DNA of 64,000 nt from Mobula hypostoma (taxonomy: Eukaryota). The stretch is taken from positions 60,824,001 to 60,888,000 of the forward strand of contig NC_086108.1 in the NCBI RefSeq assembly GCF_963921235.1. The letters are read 5' to 3'. The notes beneath the pieces are model-generated. The model did no database searches. It was not told the origin of the DNA and saw only the letters and a list, made by a program, of their open reading frames with translations. This document shows positions 38,937 to 52,399 of this stretch, in pieces. Within the stretch, counting starts at the first letter, position 1, and each line of letters opens with the position of its first letter. A program made the translations under genes and the position numbers.

Positions 38937-40428
38937 ATATAGAAACATAGAAAAACCTACAACACAATACAAGCCCTTCGGCCCACAAGGCTGTGCCGAA
39001 CATGTACTTACTTCAGAAATTATCTTGGGTTACTCATAGCCCTTTTTTTTTCTAAGCTCCATGTACCTATCCAGGAGTCTCTTAAAAGACCCTTTTGTAT
39101 CTGCCTCCACCATCGCCAGCAGCCCATTCCATGCAATCACCACTCTCCGCATAAAAAAACTTACCCCTGACATCTCCTCTGTGCCAACTTCCAAGCACCT
39201 TAAAAATGTGCCCTCTCGTGTTAGCCATTTCAGCCCCGGGAAAAAGCCTCTGACTATACACATGATCAATGCCTCTCATCATCTTATACACCTCTATCAG
39301 GCCACCTCTTATCCTCCGTCGATCCAAGGAGAAAAGGCCAAGTTCACACAACCTATTCTCATAAGGCATGCTTGCCTATCCAGGCAACATCCTTGTAAAT
39401 CTCCTCTGAACCCTTGCTATAGTTTCCACATCTGACCAGAACTGAGCACAGTACTCCAAGTGGGGTCTGACCAGGGTCCTATATAGCTGCAACATTACCT
39501 CTCGGCTCTTGAACTTGATGAAGGCCAATGAACTGTATGCCTTCTTAACCACAGAGTCAACCTGCGCAGCAGCTTTGAGTGTCCTGTGGACTCGGACCCC
39601 ATGGTCCCTCTGATCCTCTACACAGCCAAGAGTCTTAACATTAATGCTATATTCTGCCATCATATTTGACCTACCAAAATGAACTACCTCTCACTTATCT
39701 GGGTTGATCTCCATCTGCCACTTCTTAGCCCAGTTTTGCATCCTATCAAATGTCCCACTGTAACCTCTGACAGCCCTCCACACTATCCACAACACCCCCA
39801 ACCTTTGTGTCATCGGCAAATTTATTAACCCATCCCTCCACATCCTCATTCAGGGTCATTTATAAAAATCACAAAGAGAAGAGCTCCCAGAACAGATCCC
39901 CGAGGCACACCACTGGTCACCAACCTCCTTGCAGAATATGACCCGTCTACAGAGTTCTAGATCTACAAAGCAAGGTCCCCTTGGATCCCATGCCTTCTTA
40001 CTTTCTCAATACATCTTGCATGGGGTACCTTATCAAATGCCTGGCTGAAATCGATATACACTATATCTACTGCTCTGCCTTCAATGTGTTTAGTCACATC
40101 CTCAAAATGACAAAGCCATGCTAACTATTCCTAATCATATTATGCCTCTCCAAATGTTCATAAATCCTGCCTCTCAGGATCTTCTCCATCAACTTACCAA
40201 CCACTGAAATAAGGCTCACTGGTCTATAATTTCCTGGGCTATCTCTACTCCCTTTCTTGAATAAGGGAACAACATCTGCAACCCTTCAATCCTCCAGAAC
40301 CTCTCCTGTCCCCATTGATATGCAAATATCGTTGCCAGAGGATCAGCAATCTCCTCCCTCACTTTCCACGGTAGCCTGGGGTATATCTTGTCCGGTCCCT
40401 GTGATTTATCCAACTTGATGCTTTCCAA
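38937..40428 (-). mobile_element. CR1 LINE RT and 3' end
   Basis: LYRTLVRPHLEYCAQFWS; IEVYKMMRGID; (catagaaa) tail at the left end. Confidence 0.9.
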
Positions 40429-41388
40429 TGATTTTTGATTTAGCAGGAAATATACAAAGTGATTAAATTTTTAAAGTAGGACTTAAAAGAACAATTCAAA
40501 ACCTGAGTAGTATTTTGTTCAGGTCTGCCTTAGGTTATGAATACTTGATATGTGTATAGGAGACAAATAAGCAAGATTTGTTGGGCTGCTGCAGGGCTGC
40601 AAGTGTTGCTTTTTGTGTGGAAAACCTGATTTGCAGGAATAGCATTACATCTTGCAGAAAAATTTTTAATGCTTACGTTAAACACCTTGGTTTAATTACA
40701 TGTTGCCCTTGGCTGTCTGATACTTATATTTAAATATATTGCTGGATGGTTAAACAAATATTTCATTATGAGTAGTTCTCAGATATGGAACCATTTTGTA
40801 ATGTAATCAATTCAGATTTCCACGTGAAGAATTAATGCATATGCATTAATTAGTATAAGCTTTATTTATTTTGGAGGATATTTTGGGCGTTATCTACTCA
40901 CACAGAATCGTGATTTAACAGACATTGTGATCTCTCAGCCCTTGTCTCGACTATGAAAGCTCAGGTTTATAATTTATAAAAATATGTAATTGAAGAAAAA
41001 CTGGCACAATTTTATCAAACTAACAATTGTCCTCAGCGTCACACTACAACTTGTTTCGATAAATTTTTTTGACAGCCAACATTTTCTCCCATTCATTTCT
41101 AGGAATCTTCTTGTCTTGCATATAAAAATTAAGGTAAATTTCACCAACTTCTATAGTTGTGAAGTTCATGCTTCCCATTTTCATTTTATGTAAATGCTAA
41201 TCTGTTAATTGCTTGACATCTCATTTTCAGCATCTTCTAGACTCTGGCTAATTCATTGCAATACTATAAACACATCAACTGGTCTGAAAGAGTATTGTCC
41301 TCTTTCTCTGTTCCCCTTCTGTTTTTCCCCCATCCTTATGTTCACTAATGTAATATTAGTGACGATACTCATGCATCTTTTCAAATGA

Positions 41389-41736
<348 letters not shown>

Positions 41737-42543
41737 TAATGCCTACTCATTTACAATATTACTGCTCTGTGTTCGATTTTTCTGAGACTACAAACAAAGG
41801 TCTTGTTTATAGGCCTAAGACCATTTACATCAGAAAGGAAAAAAAGTGTAGGTTAACCTACCCATAAATCACAGTGATGGATTTCCAAAAATAGTACCAC
41901 CTCCAGGGCAAAATTGAAGACCTAACTTCTTCCTGAAAAATATATTTAAAAATACCTTTCTTGGGTTCAGTATGTAATTATCTCGATTTTCAATAAGTAC
42001 TTAAAACAAGTTTCAAGTTGATGGTTGAGGGCATGATATATTTAATATTTTCATTAATCCTATAGGAAGATACAAGAACAAGACACAAAAAGAGTGGAAA
42101 AGTGAAGGTGGGGAAGGGCAGTATTGGGGCAATGGATGAGAGATAAAAGAAGGGCTAGAGATGGCATTTATAGTGAGAATATTAGGAAGGATAGGATAGA
42201 GAGGAGAAGTAAATTTTGTAAAAATATATAAATGATGGGCATCTTGAGCCAGAATTAACTGATAAGCTTATATCTTTCTCAGGCTGGTTATTATTCATCA
42301 AAAGTTCAAGAACTAAATCTGTTGTTGGTCATTTGAAGTTTGTGCCTTTTTGTCTGCAGGAGAGTTAGTTACTATGGGAATTTGCCAGGAATATAGAGTT
42401 AAGATCAGGATTGGGTCAGCCATGATTTTATTAAATGGTGGAGCAGGACTGAGGGGTTGAATAGACTATTACTGCACTTGATGCTTATATTTATTTTATT
42501 TTGGGATAGAATTCAATCCTAATTTAGGATAACATAGGTTTAA

Positions 42544-43143
<600 letters not shown>

Positions 43144-44574
43144 TGATTTCCTTTATGACATGACATCTTTGTCTGTTTTTAAATGCCAGCTGGTATCAGC
43201 AGTCTGAGAAAGTATTCCATTTTTTATAATTTCCCTACTCTTAGATTTAAGGAGATGTGGACTATGCAATTTATTTTTGTTAGTGTAAAGGTGATGAGAT
43301 GGAGGAGTTTCATCATGCTCGACAAGCTAATTCTGTGCTAGTTTCACAGAGCGCATTACAATTTACAGTGTATTTGTGCATCATCTCACCTTTAATTACT
43401 GAGTTAGATATTCCAGTTCTCCCATAGCCTTTTAAATGAAGATCTGCAACCCCTTTCAGATTAGTGGAGCTGGGTAGATGGGGTAAATTAATAGATGGGC
43501 TGGCGTTGGTGTAAAGTTGGGTGGGGCGGGCGCATGCAAAGTATACTTAGCCCATTAGTTCAGCAATTTAATAAAAAAAAACTCCTGTACATGATATTGA
43601 GAGCATGGACAGATCATGAGGCCAGATGATATCTAATAGCACGCACTGCAATTTGATGGTGTTTCTCTTTAAATGCTTGGCATGTTGTCACCAAGTCCAG
43701 TGCCTGTGATTATGGGATTGGATTTGCATTTGGATCTGACCAGTTAAGGAAAACTAGTTTCTTTCCTCAAAAATATTAGTGAATCAATTAGACATTTACG
43801 CCATTTATGGCTTCATGGTGACATGGTATTTCAACAGCGTTTTATGAGAAATTGAAATTTTTCACATAAATGCCATCATATTTTCCATCTATTTGTGACT
43901 TAGAACAATCTTCAGTTTACTATAATTTTAAATGGAATCTGCCCAGTTAGTAAAGGTAACTTGAGCTCAATTTATGCTTCTCTACAATTCTGTTTTGGAC
44001 TTTTGGAGGTGGTAATTCTTCTAACCATTCTTTAAAAAGATAATTTATTATTTTAAAATGTGTTTTCAAAAGGCACAGATTTTCACCTGGGGTAAGATTA
44101 TGAACAATTTATGACTTCCCCTCATATCTGTCTTTGAGTTGCTACTTTTGACTGCCACTGTATGAAATGAGTGGGTGTAGCCATAAGATAGTGGAGGTTT
44201 GAGATGAGGGCTATACCCACTCATGGGGAAGGGTTTGGGAGTAAACCTCTAGGAAAAATCCAGAGATGGAATCCCTAAGGCAGTCCTTCACTGAGTTCAA
44301 CTCTGACTGGCAACTCCTGTGATGTCTCTGGTATCAAACTGCATCGATCTCTGCCATTCCTTTGGATTTATCAGCTGCGTGGAGAAGGGCAACCTGCTGC
44401 ATGTGCAGCAACTTTCTCTCTCCTATTATACCGCCTAGATTGCATACTGACTTGCATATCAACTGATTGTAGACTGTTAGGATGCAGCCTCTATGATCGA
44501 CCCCGACCAATGGAGATCTCCCCCAACTGTATGAACCTGGTGGCTTTGCAAAGTTAACTTTGACTAAAATTTAA

Positions 44575-44817
<243 letters not shown>

Positions 44818-44836
44818 TAGGTTTTTATTCCATTAG

Positions 44837-44907
44837 CAGGGGTTCCCAAACTGGGGTCCATGGACCTCTTGCTCAATGGTATTGGTCCATGGCATAAACA
44901 AGGTTGG
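44837..44907. mobile_element. short hAT/Charlie-like MITE, right end truncated
   Basis: Starts CAGGGGTTCCCAAACT and ends ...AAGGTTGG. Confidence 0.5.
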
Positions 44908-45371
44908 ATTAGACAAACGTTTATAATGGAACACTTTTAGTAGAGGAATAATTTCACAATAGCCGGTTTGCTTGGACTCATTCTAGCCTCGGAAAGATAA
45001 TGAGAACAAATTATTACACTGAAATGAAGATGAAACAAAGTGCAAATGCTAGCAGTTTAAAACAGAAATGCAAAACACTAGAAAAGTTCCGCCAGTTAAA
45101 CAACATTTTTGGAAAGAAAAGCTGAATGTGTCAGGTTAAAAACCTCCTTCAAAACTGGGAAGGAGAAAGGAGCTTTGGAGCTTTCACTTGAAACGGTAGC
45201 TCTTTTTTTTCATTAATGCTGTTTCAACTGCCAAGCATTTCTGGCATTTTCTGTAATTACTAATGTAACAGTTTAAACAAGTATCCTTATTAAAAGAGTA
45301 TCAGAAATGCGTATACCTCATCATCTGTGGTGGGAAAATGAGCTAATATTCAGTCCATCATGGAAAGGGAA

Positions 45372-45493
45372 CATGGAACATAGAATCTACAGCACATTAC
45401 AGGTCCTTCGGCCCGCAAAGTGCCGACCATGTAACCTACTCTAGAAACTGCCTAGAATTTCCCTACAGCATAGCCCTTTATTTTTCTAAGCTC
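45372..45493 (-). mobile_element. CR1 3' end (same family as 9022-9384)
   Basis: Reverse complement of ~9256-9380. Confidence 0.7.
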
Positions 45494-47029
45494 TGTTTTC
45501 CTAAGGAAATCTGGAGGAGAATAGAACCGTTTGATAGGAATGAACAAGACAGAAGGGAAAGAAGTACTTTGACATGAGGAGAAGCAGCCATTCCAACCAT
45601 CAAGCATTCAGTGAGAAATGCCCAGTATGTAATCTAATTGTAGATCACCAATCCATCTAATAACATTTGATTTGCAGACACTTAGTTGTTTCATTGGTGA
45701 AGTTAAAAATTCTCCTAACATCACTTGCCATTTGCAAACGTGGTTACCAAACTTTTACCACATTTTGCGCAATGGGGTTGTTTCCTAATTTCACTCCTAG
45801 ATTCTTGGATTCTTAGTGTATGCTATGCAGTTTTCAGCTCTTCAACCAACAGAATTAGTTTCCTTGTCTTTACCCTTAATATCTTGAAGCTTAATCGAGA
45901 TATCCTTTAATTTTTAACTTCTGTGTTATAGAGCTCTAGTTTATTAAATCTGACTTTATAATTTAGCTCTTGAAGAATGTCTTTCACTAAATTAAGATTG
46001 CACTCTCTTTATCCCAGTATCTACCTTCTAAGATCTAGTGCCTATGTTTTCTCATTTTATTTTAGGGGCTTGTGTAGCTGTATAATGAATACTTGTTCTT
46101 AATATCCCACATTTCGGAAGCAGCATTACTTTCACTTAAAAAAAATCTATTGATGACTTTGAAGTCTCTCAACAAAAGGATGTCAAGGTCTCTTTGAATA
46201 TCCACCATTTTATGTCCTTTTTAAATGTTCTCGCATTAGTCCACATTGAGATCTCTTTGCCACAGTTTGGTTCAATTATTTAATCCAGGAATACCTCTAT
46301 AATTTTATGCTTTTAGTTGTACAGTTTAAAGCACCAGTAATAAGAAAATTTAGTTGAAGAGATGGAGAGTCACCTATCTAATTTGCCATACCAGTTCATT
46401 AAGGCCCCATAGATGTGAACATGAAAAATTGAAAGTCAAGAATACAGACTCCAATGGGATGAAATAATCTGTTGGGTAGATAACAAGAATACTTCTGTGG
46501 TTTACTTTCAACATAGGTGAAGACTGGAAATTGTTAGCAGGGATAAACGTACTTGTGCATTACAAAGTGAAATACAACTGCATCTGAAATTCAGGAAATC
46601 TGGTGGGGAAAGAATCAAAAATATAGGAATCAATGCATTCACCCCTGACTGAAAGCTCTGGGTGCCTAGTGTGAATTATTTTGACAGATAAGGATTGTGG
46701 CCTCAAATTTTATAAAATGGCAAATCATGTTAAGTTTATCTTTCTACTGACAAGTTATATTCAAATTCCAAAGAAATTAATTTACAGAACATGTGTCATA
46801 AAACAAATGAAAATCACTGGGGACAAATGAAATCATTGTCAGACTTGCATCATATTCCTGTCATCAATCATGCTTGAAAATTAAAAGTTTAATTTTGTAA
46901 ATCAACATTAGTGCACATTAGAGCTGGCATACTTAAGAAAATGCATTTTTTTCTTTCCACAAGATTTATTGTATTTCTTTGCATTCTATTGCATTTGTCT
47001 TAATAATTTTCCTTGATTTCTTTGATTAG

Positions 47030-47271
47030 ATGATGTTATGGAGCAAAGATCAGGCTCTTCCACTCCGAAGCGTTCAGGATCAGCGGCTCTGCTACATAGA
47101 CCAAGGCTGAGTATTGATGCAGCAGCTACTGACGGCCAGCCTTTAACTCCTGTTGGGTCACTCCCCAGCTCACTGACTGGGTGCTTGACCTCTATAACTC
47201 CACGATATGGAAGCCACACAATGGATTTCTTTGAGATGTGTGCTAGCCTTATTACTACACTGGCTCGTTGA
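47030..47271 (+). CDS. prkaa2: prkaa2 exon 9 (coding part), ST-loop and C-terminal NES helix
   Basis: Acceptor tgattag; DVMEQRSGSSTPKRSGS...GSHTMDFFEMCASLITTLAR, ending in TGA. Confidence 0.95.
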
Positions 47272-49443
47272 AAAACGTGCTTTCAATTTGATGACAAATC
47301 AGCTCTTTAACCCGTAAAGGTGTGAAAGAAAATGCCTTTTCTACTTTGCAAAACTCTTGAGTAATTGTTATTTATAGTTCTGGTTTGCAGCTGGTGCTTT
47401 TGCTACCTTGATATGGTGGAAGCTCAGAGCAATATTTGCTCATTGCCATCTAGAAACTCTACAGGCATAGAGTGGCGTTTAAGTTGAATTTCTTTTTGCC
47501 AGCCAAATCCATAGGATTATACGGGTTTATCAACAACTGTAAAAGTGTAGAAAAGCATCAAATTTCATTTTTAAAGTGATGTACTTTAGAATGTTAAAAG
47601 TTGGTGGTAATGTAAAAGAACAGATGAGATGTATTTAATGATTTGTTGTAGCGCCAGGATTGTTCACATGATGTGTTGGTGGACAGAATGAGTGCATTTA
47701 CTCATAAACCAAGTTGTGAGCAGTTGAGATGTGAATTTCTATTCAGGATAGTGTGGCTTGAAAGCTATAAAAACAAATTGGATCATAAAATTAGGTAACT
47801 GAAGTGTGAGCTGGCTGTTGTGTACAATTATAAAGGTTTAGTGTCATTTTATTGCTGAGAAGGATTAAGTTTACTTGAATAGAAATGTAAACAACAGAAA
47901 TTATTCCATGTATCAAATAGTGTGTGATCTTTGGGTTAAAGTGTGAACACTCCTTTGAAAGTATCTTCTTGTGTGAGGATTTCTCTTAAGCACACCTTTT
48001 AACTGATTAAGTCAGCAGCATGCACAGCTAGATGTAGTTGATCATTTGCTGATTTACTTATAACATTTACTGTATCTTTATGGTACGACTGGGATTACGT
48101 TCAAAATGATCACAAATGGCCTGTTGCGCTAAACAAAGATCTCCAATCAGTTCCCATTAGTGGCAATTATGATTAACATTTTGTTTTTGTTAGATCTCAC
48201 TATCGGCTTGGTAAGATCTAGAAAATGTTCATTTTCAAATTAACGTCAAACAACTTTAAGGCAAAACTGCAGGTATTGGAATTTGGAACATCAGAGCATT
48301 GTAAGAATTTAGTAGGTCAAATAGGTGTAAGTGAACATTTCGAGTAATCACCCTCTCCCCATCTGATACCAGCCTCTTCCCACTAGCCCACCCCCACATA
48401 CTCCTATATACTGGCAATCTCTCGCCTTCTCTCTCAGGTCTGATGCAGGGTTTCGACCCGAAATGTCAACTTACATCTTTTGCTTCCATATATTGCTTAC
48501 CTACTGAGTTCTTCCAGTGTTCACTTGAAACAAGTTTAAGATTAATTTTCTAATGCAAGACAGGATAACTTAAACCAATAATGCCCCAAAAATTGGCTTC
48601 CCTTTGATTGGATAGTTTTCTTGCTGTAGATTTATTTTTCAGTTATTTTCAGCTTATTTCTTTCACTGTCACAGGCTTAGTGACTCTACCTAATGGCATT
48701 GCCATTAATTTGAATTTTAAGTCAAAAATTGAGTCTTGATGGTGAGATTACCTCTAATGTATTCAGTGCAAGTATTTGTAATAGGCAGTTATTTATTTTC
48801 CAAGAATATACAGTATTCTGGGCCTAAAAATGCAAGCATTTGCATACGAGCATTAAGTTGAGATTTTAGCCAAGATTCTACTGGGTGAATTCTAGCTTCT
48901 GCCTTTAATCTTGTGCAGGTTGGTACTGGGGGCATAATGTATGAAAATTTTTTATAGTGGGCACGTATTATGGTTCACAAAGTCAAACGGTACAAGCCAA
49001 GTAAGATGGAGCGGGAACACAATAGCACTTTCAGATAAAAGATTTGTTAGCTCCTACCTGTCTTTTGTTTTACCAATTAGGCAATATTTTGGAAGAAAGA
49101 AGGTCCTTCTGTTGTTCTTGAAGAATGTGCAAAATGTGCCCCCACCCTCCCAGTAAATGGAGCTCTCTGCTGCTGTTTTCTGTTGCAAAGACTACACCCT
49201 CCTCATTAGCAGATACCTTGTGATGGCAAGGAGCAATGACACTGGCATAGTAATATTATGGTTGATATTTTATGTAAAGTACAAACCTTCATCTGATATT
49301 AAGCTAGTTAATCACAAACTTGTAAGGCCATCACATTTATTTTATAGCTAATCTGATGAAAGATTTTGTATTACCTAAACTATTTTCTCTATTTGAATAT
49401 CAAATTTCAGAGCCAAAGATGTTCCATAAATTTCCTAGGTATT

Positions 49444-49449
49444 AATAAA
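49444..49449 (+). promoter_or_regulatory. candidate polyadenylation signal of prkaa2
   Basis: First AATAAA I could find after the stop codon (~2.2 kb downstream), with GT-rich sequence ~25-35 nt further on. The true 3' end may lie further out. Confidence 0.35.
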
Positions 49450-50239
49450 AACAGTGGAATTTAAATGGACTAGTTTGATTGTGAAGGTGAACTATGTGAA
49501 GTCCAGCGTTTCTTCTTGTCTTGTAGTAGTGTTACTAGGATTTCTGCACAGCACCAAACTGCATGTTGAAAGAACCAGAAATTATTGATATATTATGCCA
49601 ATTTTACATTAATTAATTTGTGAATGCAATGACAATACTTAGGAACAAGACTGCAGATGCTGGCTTCTAGAGGAAAACAAACAAGGCTGAAAGAACTTTA
49701 CAGGTCAAGCAACATTGAGACAGGAAAAGAGATGAATTTCAGTTAAAGACCCTCCATCTGGTCTAGATCTAGAAAGAAACTGGGAGTCCAAGGCCTCGCT
49801 GATGGGGAATGGAAGCATATAGGGGCTAGATGTCCATGGTGAAGGTGAGCCATTTGGGACCAGGGGATCGAAAATTGTTTTAAGACAAGGTGTCTGTAAT
49901 ATAAGTGGGAAGGGACTAGACAAAGGGAGATTGGATAATACTGAGGAATGAATGAATGTTCAGTGAAGGCAAGAGAAGGTATAAATAGTGGGCTTGCTGG
50001 TGCAGTCTTGTTTGCGAATCTTGGGTAGGAGATAGTAATGGCACTATGTGGTTGGAGAACTATTCGGGTTCGAGGCTATGGAGGGGAGATCCGAAGTGAT
50101 GAGATTTGTGATGGTATGGCCTGACTATTATTTGTAGGGGTCATGGGCAAGTAGTAGGAATGGGGTGGTGTCTGAGAGCTGCTGATTAGCCCCTGCAAGT
50201 AGTGGTCAGTCTTCCAAGCGATGTTACCGCGCTTTTCTG

Positions 50240-51220
50240 TGTGATGGGATTGATTCAAGATGGCTTAGTGTCAGTTCCAGTATACAAGTGTAAAGGAAAA
50301 TGAAATAATTGTTCCTTCGTATTTGAAGTGGCACAAAAGAACACAATAAGATGAGGAAAACAATACTAATGAAAAAACAGGATAAATTGAAATACAAAAG
50401 ATAGCTTATATACATTGAGTGTATGTTCATAAAGTGACACTAAGGCACAGAAGTGTCTGTACATAAGGTGACTGACAGGAAATGATAAAGTTGTGGTCGT
50501 TGGGGGTGTAGAGTAATGCAAGTACAGGTGTACATAGTCCAGCTCTCTTCAGCCTCCTCAGAAAGTAGAGGCATGGGTGAGCTTTCCTTATTGTGTGTGA
50601 TCTGTTCTGGGACCATGAGAGGTTGTGCGAGATTTGCACTCCCAAGAGTTTGAAACTACTGGTAATTTTCGCCGGTGTAAAGAGCAATGCAAGTGCTGGT
50701 GAGTTCTCCTTTTGTTGACATTGAGGAAGAGGTTATTGCCTGGCACCAGGTCTCGATCTCTTCCACCTCCTCTCTGTAGGCTGTTTCATTGTTGTCTGTG
50801 GTGAATTCCACCACTATTGTGTCATTGGTGAACTTGACAATGTGATTACTTGAGTGTTTGGCCGTGTAATTATGTGTGAGCAGTGTACAGTAATGAGCTC
50901 AGCACACAGCTCTGGGGACACCCATGTGGAAGATGTTGGGGAGGGAGGAGCGGCTGTGCATCTTGATGATCTGAGGTTTATTGGTTAGGAAGTCCCAACA
51001 CCCAGTAGCACAGAGGTGTATTTAGACCGAGGGGTAGGGGTTTGTTCACCAAGGTCTGTGGGACAATAGTGTTTAATGCCAAACTGCAATCCAGAAACAG
51101 CATTCTGACAAGTGTCCTTATTCTCTAGGTGTGTCAGGGTTAGGTGCTATGGCGTCTGTGGTAGAGCAGTTCTGTCGGTAAGCATATTGGTGAGTACCCA
51201 ATGTGGCAGGAATAGAATCA
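50240..51220 (-). mobile_element. decayed Rex1/Babar-like LINE 3' part
   Basis: QYAYRQNCSTTDAI; FKLLGV.IS.NLSWS..KA..LYFLRRLKRAGL. Confidence 0.75.
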
Positions 51221-52399
51221 GCACAAAGTAAGCGAGATGGGACTGGCCAGAAGAGAGTGGAGAAGTCAAGGTGGTGGTTGCAGTATTGACAGTTGGGATT
51301 AAAATTGTCAAGAGAGAATAAAGGGCCAGAAAGTAGTGTCCAAGAGGAGGTGGTGTTAGAATTGGGAGAAAGGGTCAGCATTGTGGAGGGAGGGGATGGG
51401 GAAAGAAAGAGGGGTTGAGGGGGTTGGAGTGGTGTTTACCAAATGGGTATGGATACAGTTCAAAAGACAGATCTTGGCCTGAAACATCGACTGTTCATTA
51501 CTCTCTGCAGATACAGCCTAATATGTTGAGTTCCTCCAGCAGTTTGATTTTTGCTCAATATTATGTAAATGCTATTTGGATCGCCAATGCCACTTATTGT
51601 CTAGATTTTACATTCTGAATGTCAGAGGCATTCATATATTTACATGTGCTATGAAATTTGACAGCCAATGAATGTGGGGGTCCAGAGATTTGTCAGCTGT
51701 CAGTTTTCAGAGATATTTGAGTCTTTGCTGCGGGCTTCAGTACAAGCTTTGAAACACATTGTGGCTGCAATATTTTTTCTCTTTATCTGTATTAAGCAAA
51801 TTCAAGAAAGAGAATACTGAGGTGTGACCAGTGTTGGTGCCATGCAAGCCTGTATATTTACGTTAAATTTAAAGTTGGATGAGCAATGCTGCATTTTTTA
51901 AAAAATCTATCAGAACAACTCTGACAACCATGTAATTTTATTCAGCAAAGGAAATGCATGTTTCCTATGTAATTCCAAAATCTTCAGTAATTAGGATATT
52001 AGTTAAAACTTAATAGTTATGTGCTGTATCTTTTTTTTGGTAATTTATGTGTTCAGTGAGGATTATTGCAATTTTTTAAAGAAGTACTATTTTAACAAGC
52101 TAAGAAAAACTGATTTTTTTTTTAGATAACACTAACCTGAATTCATATTTGCATGATTCACATATGAACATACTTTTGAGTTAGAAATTCATTTGTAAGT
52201 GTTTTGATGGATGAGTGATTTCCCAAATAGCTAGTATGGAACTATGCTAATTGGAAATAATATTTAATAATGCCCATTAAATCAGGTTACTGTCTTAATG
52301 CTTAGTGTCAAAATTCCTAAAGAATTTGAATGTAAATACATCTTAATGGCAAAATGTTGCAAGAACAATAAACGATATTTAGCACTGGTCAACTGATAG

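Noticed and set aside
48430..48470. Hammerhead-like motif in the 3' UTR region (also at ~25630 and ~51460)
   Set aside because: The cores are mutated (CTGATGC, CAGGATGA, or CTGA missing) and stem III or stem I is broken. These are decayed Penelope-derived repeats.
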